This document shows, piece after piece, positions 55,645 through 64,000 of a stretch of 64,000 nucleotides of DNA (the first letter of the stretch is position 1; the number at the start of each line of letters is the position of its first letter). The notes beneath the pieces are model-generated. The model saw only the letters and a list, made by a program, of their open reading frames with translations, had not been told where the DNA came from and made no database searches. The stretch comes from Mobula hypostoma. Taxonomy: Eukaryota. The translations under genes were made by a program, and so were the position numbers. The stretch spans positions 57,724,001-57,788,000 of the forward strand of contig NC_086108.1 of assembly GCF_963921235.1 (NCBI RefSeq). Reading direction: 5' to 3'.

Positions 55645-56173
55645 AACACACATAAAAGTTGCTGGTGAACGCAGCAGGCCAGGCGGCATCTCTAGGAAGA
55701 GGTGCAGTCGACGTTTCAGGCCGAGACCCTTCGTCAGGACTAACTGAAGGAAGAGTGAGTAAGGGATTTGAAAGTTGGAGGGGGAGGGGGAGATCCAAAA
55801 TGATAGGAGAAGACAGGAGGGGGAGGGATGGAGCCAAGAGCTGGACAGGTGATAGGCAAAAGAGATACGAGAGGATCATGGGACAGGAGGTCCGGGAAGA
55901 AAGACGGGGGCGGGGGGGGGACCCAGAGGATGGGCAAGGGGTATATTCAGATATTCAGAGGGACAGAGGGAGAAAAAGGAGAGTGAGAGAAAGAATGTGT
56001 GTATAAAAATAAGTAACAGATGGGGTACGAGGGGGAGGTGGGGCATTAGCAGAAGTTAGAGAAGTCGATGTTCATGCCATCAGGTTGGAGGCTACCCAGA
56101 CAGAATATAAGGTGTTGTTCCTCCAACATGAATGTGGCTTCATCTTTACAGTAGAGGAGGCCGTGGATAGACA
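55645..56173 (-). mobile_element. Inverted Penelope 3' end/pseudo-LTR inserted in the RT just before RYIDD
   Basis: Reverse complement of about 44970-45490; TGTC on both sides (55641-55644 and 56174-56177). Confidence 0.88.
55706..55741 (-). ncRNA. Minimal type I hammerhead ribozyme motif
   Basis: Minus strand AGTC-CTGACGA-AGGGTCTCGGCCT-GAAA-CG-TC-GACT, core intact. Confidence 0.8.
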
Positions 56174-57160
56174 TGTCCCCCACTTTTCCTTCGCTACATC
56201 GACGACTGCTTTGGCACTGCTTCCTGCATGCATGCTGAGCTCGTTGACTTCATTAACTTTGCTTCCAACTTTCACCCTGCCCTCAAGTTTACTTGGTCCA
56301 TTTCTGACACCTCCCTCCCCTTTCTAGATCTTTCTGTCTCTATCTCTGGAGACAGCTTATCTACTGATGTTTACTATAAGCCTACTGACTCTCACAGCTA
56401 TCTGGACTATTCCTCTTCTCACCCTGTCTCTTGCAAAAATGCCATCCCTTTCTCACAATTCCTCCGTCTCCGCCGCATCTGCTCTCAGGATGAGGCTTTT
56501 CATTCCAGGACGAGGAAAATGTCCTCTTTTTTTTTAAAGAAAGGGGCTTCCCTTCCTCCACCATCAACCCTGCTCTCAAACACGTCTCCCCCATTTCATG
56601 CACATCTGCTCTCACTCCATCCTCCTGCCACCCCACTAGGAATGGGGTTCCCCTTGTCCTCACCTACCACTCCACCAGCCTCTGGGTCCGACATATAATT
56701 CTCCGTAACTTCCGCCACCTCCAATGGGATCCCACCACTAAGCACATCTTTCCCTTCCCCCCCCCTGCTTTCTGCAGGGATCGCTCCCTACGCAACTCCC
56801 TTGTCCATTCGTCCCCCCCATCCCTCCCCACTGATCTCCCTCCTGACACATCCTTGTAAGTGGAACAAGTGCTACACATGCCCTTACACTTCCTCCCTCA
56901 CCACCATTCAGGGCCCCAGACAGTCCTTCCAGGTGAGGCGACGCTTCACCTGTGAGTCGGCTGGGGTGATAACTGTGTCCGGTGCCCCCGATGCAGCCTT
57001 CTATATATTGGTGAGACCCGACGCAGACTGGGAATCGTTTCGCTGAACACCTACGCTCTGTCCGCCAGAGAAAGCAGGATCTCTCAGTGGCCACACATTT
57101 TAATTCCACGTCCCATTCCCATTCTGATATGTCTATCCACGGCCTCCTCTACTGTAAAGA

Positions 57161-59481
57161 ATAGACAATAGGTGCAGTAGGCCATTCGGCCATTCGAGCC
57201 AGCACAGCCATTCACGGTGATCATGGCTGATCATCCACAATCTGTATCCAGTTCCTGCCTTATCCCCATAAGCTTTGATTCTGCTATCTTTAAGAGCTCT
57301 ATCCATCTTTTTTGAAAGCATCCAGAGACTTGGCCTCCACAGCCTTCTGGAGCAGAGCATTCCATATATCCACCACTCTCTGGGTGAAAACGTTTTTCCT
57401 CAACTCCATTCTAAATGGCCTACCCCTAATTCTTAAACTGTGGCCTCTGGTTCTGGACTCACCCATCAGCGGGAATGTGCTTCCTGCTTGCAGCGTGTCC
57501 AATCCCTTAATAATCTTATATGTTTCAATAAGATCCCCTCTCAGCCTTCTAAATTCCAAAGCATACAAGCCCAGTCGCTCCAATCTTTCAACATATGACA
57601 GTCCCGCCATCCCGGGAATTAACCTTGTGAACCTACGCTGCACTCCCTCAATAGCAAGAATGTCCTTCCTCAAATTTGGAGACCAAAACTGCACACAGTA
57701 CTCCAGGTGTGGTCTCACCAGGGCCCTGTACAGCTGCAGAAGGACCTCTTTGCTCTTATACTCAATTCCCCTTGTTATGAAGGCCAGCATGCCATTAGCT
57801 TTCTTCACTGCCTGCTGTACTTGCATGCTTGTTTTCAGTGACTGATGTACAAGAACACCTAGATCCCGTTGTGCTTCCCCTTTTCCTAACTTGACTCCAT
57901 TTAGATCATAATCTGCCTTCCTGTTCTTACCATCAAAGTGGATAACCTCACATCTATCTGCATCTACCATGCATCTGCCCACTCACCCACCCTGTCCAAG
58001 TCACCCTGCATTCTCATAACATCCTCCTCACATTTCTCACTGCCTCCCGGCTTTGTGTCATCGGCATATTTGCTAATGTTACTTTTAATTCCCTCATCTA
58101 AATCATTAATACATATTGTAAACAGCTGCGGTCCCAGCACTGAACCCTGTGGTGCCCCACTGGTCACGGCCTGCCATTCCGAAAGGGACCCGTTAATCGC
58201 TACTCTTTGTTTTCGGTCAGCCAGCCTATTTTCAATCCATGTCAGTACTCTGCCCCCAATACCATGTGCCCTAATTTTGCCCACTAATCTTCTATGTGGG
58301 ACTTTATCAAAGGCCTTCTGAAAGTCCAGGTACACTACATCCACTGGCTCTCCCTTGTCTATTTTCATAGTTACATCCTCAAAAAATTCCAGAAGATTAG
58401 TTAAGCACGATTTCCCCTTTGTAAATCCATGCTGACAATCCTGTTACTACTATCCAGATGTGTCGTAATTTCATCTTTTATAATTGACTCCAGCATCTTT
58501 CCCACCACCGTCGTCAGGCTAATGGGTCTATAATTCCCTGTTTTCTCTCTTCCTCCCTTCTTGAAGAGAGGGACAACATTAGCCACCCTCCAATACACAG
58601 GAACTGATCCTGAATCTATAAAACATTGGAAAATGATTACCAATGTGTTCACAATTTCTAAAGCCACCTCCTTAAGTACCCTGGGTTGCAGACCATCAGG
58701 TCCCGGAGACTTATCAGCCTTCAGACCCAACAGCCTATCCAACACCATTTCCTGCCTAATATAAATTTCCTTCAATTCATCCATTACCCTAGGTCTTTTG
58801 ACCACTATCACATCTGGGAGATTGTTTGTGTCTTCCCTAGTGAAGACAGATCCAAAGTATCTGTTCAACTCGTCTGCCATTTCCTTGTTCCCCATAATAA
58901 TTTCACCCACTTCTGTCTTCAAGGGCCCAGTTTTGGTCTTAACTATTTTTTTCCTTTCCACATACCTAAACAAGCTTTTACTACCCTCCTTTATATTCTT
59001 GGCTAGTTTACCTTCGTACCTCATTTTTTCTCCACGTATTGCCTTTTTAGTTACCTTCTGTTGCGCTTTAAAAGTTTCCCAATCCTCCAGCTTCCCACTC
59101 GTCTTTGCTATGTTATAATTCTTCTCTTTTAGTTTTATACTGTCCATTACTTCCCTTGTCAGCCACGGCCTCCCCTTACTCCCCTTAGGATCTTTCTTCC
59201 TCTTTGGAATGAACTGATCCTGCATCTTCCACATTATTCCCAGAAACACTTGCCATTGCTGTTCCACTGTCATCCCTGCTAGGGTATTGTTTCATTGAAC
59301 TTTGGCCAGCTCCTCCCTCATAGCACCATAGTTCCCTTTGTTCAACTGTAATACTGACACTTCCGAGTTTCCCTTCTCCCTCTCAAATTGTAGATTAAAA
59401 CTTATCATATTATGGTCACTACCTCCTAATGGCTCCTTTACCTCGAGGTCCCTGATCAAACCCGATTCATTGCACAGATGA
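57161..59481 (-). mobile_element. Young 5'-truncated CR1 inserted in the Penelope endonuclease region
   Basis: ORFs 58401-59273, 57964-58368 and 57299-57982 (KSPGPDG, NYRPISL, YLDFQKAFDKVPH, YADDTK, RPHLEYCVQFW); TCTATTG tail; AAAGA at 57156-57160 and 59482-59486. Confidence 0.93.
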
Positions 59482-59880
59482 AAAGATGAAGCCACACTCA
59501 GGTTGGAGGAACAACACCTTATATTCCGTCTGGGTAGCCTCCAACCTGATGACATGAACATTGACTTCTCAAAGTTCTGCTAATGCCCCACCTCCCCCTC
59601 GTACCCCATCTTATTTATTTATATACACACATTCTTTCTCTCACTCGCCTTTTTCTCCCTCTGTCCCTTTCACTATACCCCTTGCCCATCCTCTGGGCTT
59701 TCCCTCCCTCCCCCTTTTCCTTCTCCCTGGGCCTCCTGTCCCATGATCCTCTCATATCCCTTTTGCCAATCACCCGTCCAGCTCTTGGCTCCATCCCTCC
59801 CCCTCCTGTCTTCTCCTATCATTTTGGATCTCCCGCTCTCCCTCCCACTTTCAAATCTCTTACTAGCTCTTCTTTCATTT

Positions 59881-59916
59881 AGTCCTGATGTAGGGTCTCG
59901 GCCTGAAACGTCGACT
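59881..59916 (+). ncRNA. Hammerhead motif with core mutation (CTGATGT)
   Basis: AGTC-CTGATGT-AGGGTCTCGGCCT-GAAA-CG-TC-GACT; the conserved last A of CUGANGA is replaced by T. Confidence 0.6.
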
Positions 59917-60609
59917 GTACCTCTTCCTAGAGATGCTGCCTGGCCTGCTGCGTTCACCAGCAACTTTTATGTGTGTTGCTTGAAATTCCAGCATCTGCAG
60001 ATTTCCTCGTGTTTGCCCTTTTCATCTTTGGCTTTTTTACAGATGGTGTGTTGTTTGCTTCCAGAATTTGCTGGTATTTGATTGAATTAATTCTTCCCTC
60101 TACCAGTAAATGTTTCCCGTGCCACTGGCTGCAACACAAGCCCAAAGCATGATCGATCCACCCCCGTGCTTAACAGTTGGAGAGGGGTTCGTTTCATGAA
60201 ATTCTGCACCCTTTTCTCTCCAAAGATACCTTTGCTCATTGCAGCCAAAAAGTTCTATTTTAACTTCAGCAGTCCACAGGACTTGATTCCAAAATGCACC
60301 AGGCTTGTTTAGATGTTCCTTTGAACTTTTTGAATAGAACTTTTCTTGCTTAAAATATTAAAGAAATGTGCCATCTTTCACTTTATACCCTTTGGAAATC
60401 AGTTCATTTTTTACTTAGCTATTCACAGTAACAGAAATTTTGACCGGGGTGCCCAAACTTTTGCATGCCACTGTAACTCAAAGAATCCTGTTTTCTATAG
60501 GAATTAGAGACAGGGCCTCATTAATGTTCGAAATGTTCACAATTGCCTACCGCAGAGTTTTACTTGGGGCATCTTTATTCTGTAAGGGGTTTTTTCTCAC
60601 TGTGCGCAG

Positions 60610-61586
60610 TCACTTGTCAGCATTTCCAAAATGATGTTCTGTATACCAGCGAGCTTCTTCTGGATCTGTAAACACCACCTCGGTTCCATTAATTGTCACT
60701 CGTAGTTTAGCGGGATAGAGGAGGCCAAACTTGAGTCCGGGTCTATCCCGCAGCAACCTCCTGACCAGTGTGAAAGCTGCATGTCGTTTAGCCACCGTGG
60801 ATGGAACATCTCTGAAGATCTGAATCCTTTGTCCTTGATATTGTAGATTCTTGGTACCTATCGCCTTCCACATTATATCTTCAAACACATGGCAGTAATG
60901 GATCCTCACGATCAGGTGTCGTGGCGGCTCGTCGTCCCCCGGGCGGGTCCGAAGTGCTCTATGTGCTCGGTCTATCACCGGAGCTTCTTCCAGGTTTAGA
61001 ACTTCTTTTGGCATCTGTGCCGCGAAACCTCTTGTCTTCTGCCCATTTTCCTGCCCCTCTCGTAGGCCCGCAATTCTCAGATTCTGTCGTTTCAAACGCC
61101 CCTCTAAATCCAGGCATATTTCAGAAAGTTGTTCAACTTGCCCACAAAGTTGTTTCACCTTGCTTTCCAGCTCCACAACTATGTCCGAAGCTCCATTAGC
61201 TGACTCTGCTATCTCTTTCAGAGTTTGATCCTGTGTATTCAGCTGGGCCTTCAATGCGGTAATTGCAGCATCACTTTCCGCTTCCAACACAGCAATTTCA
61301 CTTCTCAAAGAGACTGCTACCTCTGCAACTTTTTCTTCAATTTTCTTACAAATGTCTGACTTCACCTTAGCTCTGCATGTAACGACTCTATGGCCACCGA
61401 CACCGCATTGTTGTCCATACTCTGTGCACGTGGTTCCACGTGACCCTCACTCGTGAGCTCCGAGGTGTCAATTGAGCCCGTTTCTTCGCTCATCTCTACC
61501 TTAGCCGTTCCTCTTCTCGGCATTTTGTAGTGCACTCCTTCACTCTTTCTCCTTCTGGTATGTATTGAAGAGCACCTCCCCTTCAT
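60610..61586 (-). pseudogene. L1 ORF1p (coiled coil + RRM/CTD), one frameshift near 61365
   Basis: DLEGRLKRQNLRIAGLREG, IDRAHRAL, PPRHLIVR, FGLLYPAKLRVT. Confidence 0.9.
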
Positions 61587-62038
61587 TTGCCACCCTAATC
61601 CTCAAATTGACTTTGTGTAAATGAAGTTTTAATATCAAATCTGCCGGAGCTACAGGAGGGTGTGTCCTACTTGCTCATGGCTCAACGCGCCTCCCTCCCC
61701 AAACAATGTTGTGAATCTAACTTCCTTGAGTACATAAACCTTCCAACTATAAACACATCTGATATTTGATATGCTAAAAGATGTTGTCTATTTGGTCTGT
61801 GAGCTTCCTTGAACTAAACAATTTGGTTAGTGTTAGCAAGCCAAATTAAATAATGTATTGTTGATTACAGCACCTACTGAGCAGCAATAAAGTGGCTGTT
61901 GTGGGCTAGCATCTGCTCCATAGACAAAGCTTGCTTACAAATGCATCTCTGTAGGCAGTGCTTGTTTTAACTTCAAACTGATTACTGCTTTCCATTTATC
62001 TGTTAAGAACTGAAGACTGGTTCCCGTTTATAAGTAGA

Positions 62039-63196
62039 AGATTCAAAAACGATTCAAAAGATTCAAAAAACTTCATTCTAACCGTACGTCAGCTCTGCAG
62101 GGCAGAATGAGACAGCGTTTCCCAGGAGCAGTGCGATCATAATATAACAAACGCAGAAACACAACAGCCACATGTCAGTTAAAATCAAGTTATAAGTGTC
62201 CAAAGCAGAGTCAGGTAGAGCAGCTATTTAGCAGTCTGACTGCCTGTGGGAGGAAGCTGTTTAGTAGTCTTGTGGTTTTAGTTTTGATGCTCCTGTAACG
62301 TTTGCCTAATGGTAGAAGAACAAACAATTCATGGAGAGGGTGTGAGGGGTCTTTAATGATGTACCGTGTCTTCTGGAGGCATTGACTCTGAAAGAGGTCT
62401 TGAACAGAAGGTAGGGAGACCCCAGTAACCTTCTCTGCTCTCCTAACCACCCTCTGCAAGGCTTTTTTGTCAACAGCACTGCAGCTGGAGTACCAGGTTG
62501 TGATGCAAAAGGTCAGCACACTCTCAACCACGCCTCTGTAGAATGTAGTTAAGATGTTAGTGGGGAGTGATGCTTGTTTAAGCTCCCTCAGAAAGTGCAA
62601 TCTCTGCTGGGCCCGATTCACAATCCCAGTGGTGTTCCTGGACCAAGTGAGATTGTCCGAGATCTCCACCCCAAGGAACTTGATGTTTTCCACTCTCTCC
62701 ACGGTGGAGCCACTGATGCTGAGGGGTGTGTGCTCAGGCTGAGACCGTCTGAAATCAATGATCATCTCCTTGGTTTTGGTGACGTTAAGCATTAAGTTGT
62801 TATCCCTGCACCAACTCTCTAGGCGTTTGACCTCCTCCCTGTACATTGTTTCATAATTTTTGCTGATGAGCCCCATCACTGTGGTATCGTCTGCAAATTT
62901 AATGATCAGGTCCTCCTTGAATCTGGCTGCACAGTCATGTGTGAGCAGTGTAAACAACAATGGGCTAAGCACACAGCCTTGTGGGAATCCAGTGCTCAGT
63001 GTGATGGAGTCAGAGATGTTCCTGCCAACACGGACCGACTGTGGTCTCTCTGTCAAGAAATCCAGAATCCAGCGGCACATGGCAGTGTTAAGGCCAAGCA
63101 GCGACAGTTTCTCCATTAGTCTCTGCGGGATGATGGTATTGAACGCTGAACTGAAATCAATGTACAGGATTCTGGCATAAGTGTCTTTGTTGTCAG
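62039..63196 (-). mobile_element. Young 5'-truncated Rex1/Babar LINE with uninterrupted RT C-terminal ORF
   Basis: ORF 62211-63116 (301 aa): [47 protein letters not shown]; (GATTCAAAA)n tail. Confidence 0.92.
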
Positions 63197-63263
63197 AGTG
63201 AGAGAGCTAAACAATATTAGTTGGAAGTTTACGTACAATTGTTTGATCTTACAAGTGGCAGCT

Positions 63264-64000
63264 CAAGTCAAGTCGTCACTTTTTATTGTCATTTCTACCA
63301 TAACTGCTGGTACAGAACATAGTAAAAATGAGACAATGTTTTCCAGGACCATGGTGCTACATGAAACAATACAAAAACTACACTGAACTACGTAAGAAAA
63401 AACACAAAAACTACACTAGACTACAGACCTATCCAGGACTGCATGAAGTGCACAAAACAGTGCAGGCACTACAAAAAATAATAATAAATAATAAACAAGA
63501 CAATAGGCACAGTAGAGGGTATAGTAGGTTGGTGTCAGTCCAGGCTCTGGGCATTGAGGAGTCTGATGGCTTGGGGGAAGAAACTGTTACATAGTTTGGT
63601 CATGAGAGCCCGAATGCTTTGGTGCCTTTCTCCAGATGGCAGGAGGGAGAAGAGTTTGTATGAAGGGTGCGTGGGGTCCTTTATAATGCTGTTTGCTTTA
63701 CGGATGCAGCGTGTGGTGTAAATGTCTGTGATGGCAGGAAGAGAGACCCCAATGATCTTCTCAGCTGACCTCACTATCCGCTGCAGGGTCTTGCAATTGA
63801 GATGGTACAATTTCCGAACCAGGCCATGATGCAGCTGCTCAGGATGCTCTCAGTACAGCCTCACTAGAATGTGGTGAGGATGGGGGCTGGGGTGGGAGAT
63901 GGATTTTTCTCAGCCTTTGCAGAAAGTAGAGACGCTGCTGGGCTTTCTTTGCTATGGAGCTGGTGTTGAGAGACCAGGTGAGATTCTCCACCAGGTGAAT
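63264..64000 (-). mobile_element. Rex1/Babar 3' end, runs off the window
   Basis: ORF 63535-63810 IIKDPTHPSYKLFSLLPSG...SFFPQAIRLLN; (CAAGT)n tail. Confidence 0.9.

Larger units (their letters stand above)
54822..60015 (+). mobile_element. Penelope-like element (RT + GIY-YIG), 5'-truncated and interrupted twice
   Basis: DVQSLYTSIPH, GVAMGTHMGPSYACLF, RYIDD (near 56192), LPFLD, DVYYKPT; CCCTTT duplicated at 54816-54821 and 60016-60021. Confidence 0.9.
54287..60473. mobile_element. Second Tc1-derived element, same family as 13613-14986, split by a Penelope insertion
   Basis: TA|GAGTGG...CCACTG|TA ends; left part 54287-54821 and right part 60016-60473 are colinear with copy 1. Confidence 0.9.
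49730..61695 (-). mobile_element. Full-length L1 LINE (decayed) with 11-bp TSD, interrupted by a Tc1 nest
   Basis: TSD TCCCCAAACAA at 49719-49729 and 61696-61706; ORF1 60610-61586; ORF2 from about 53799 to 49950; AATAAA near the 3' end. Confidence 0.92.

Noticed and set aside
57299..59273. Host reverse-transcriptase gene
   Set aside because: 5'-truncated, frameshifted CR1 with a tail and TSD inside another transposon
61939..61999. Minus-strand exon candidate KWKAVISLKLKQALPTEMH
   Set aside because: Weak donor context, and its exit phase is incompatible with the candidate last exon

Overview
This is repeat-dense vertebrate DNA, most likely from a cartilaginous fish (ray or shark), inferred from the mix of HE1/V-type SINEs, CR1, Rex1/Babar and Penelope elements. 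There is no complete host gene. The best host-gene signal is a probable last coding exon plus 3'UTR on the minus strand (about 42965-43321), and there are one or two weaker minus-strand micro-exon candidates. Most of the window is transposon-derived: many CR1 and Rex1/Babar LINE fragments, one near-full-length decayed CR1 with an esterase-type ORF1, an RLE-endonuclease (Hero-like) retrotransposon, a decayed Gypsy provirus, a clean solo LTR, a full-length L1, Penelope-like elements and two Tc1-derived elements. Three things stand out. (1) Penelope pseudo-LTRs carry several minimal hammerhead-ribozyme motifs on both strands. (2) A fold-back Tc1 derivative is built from two transposase 3' halves, and its central spacer is in opposite orientation in the two copies. 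(3) A 12-kb nest L1 > Tc1 > Penelope > (inverted Penelope + CR1) has target-site duplications readable at each level. Boundaries without a stated TSD or TIR are approximate, and family names come from motif recognition, not database searches.
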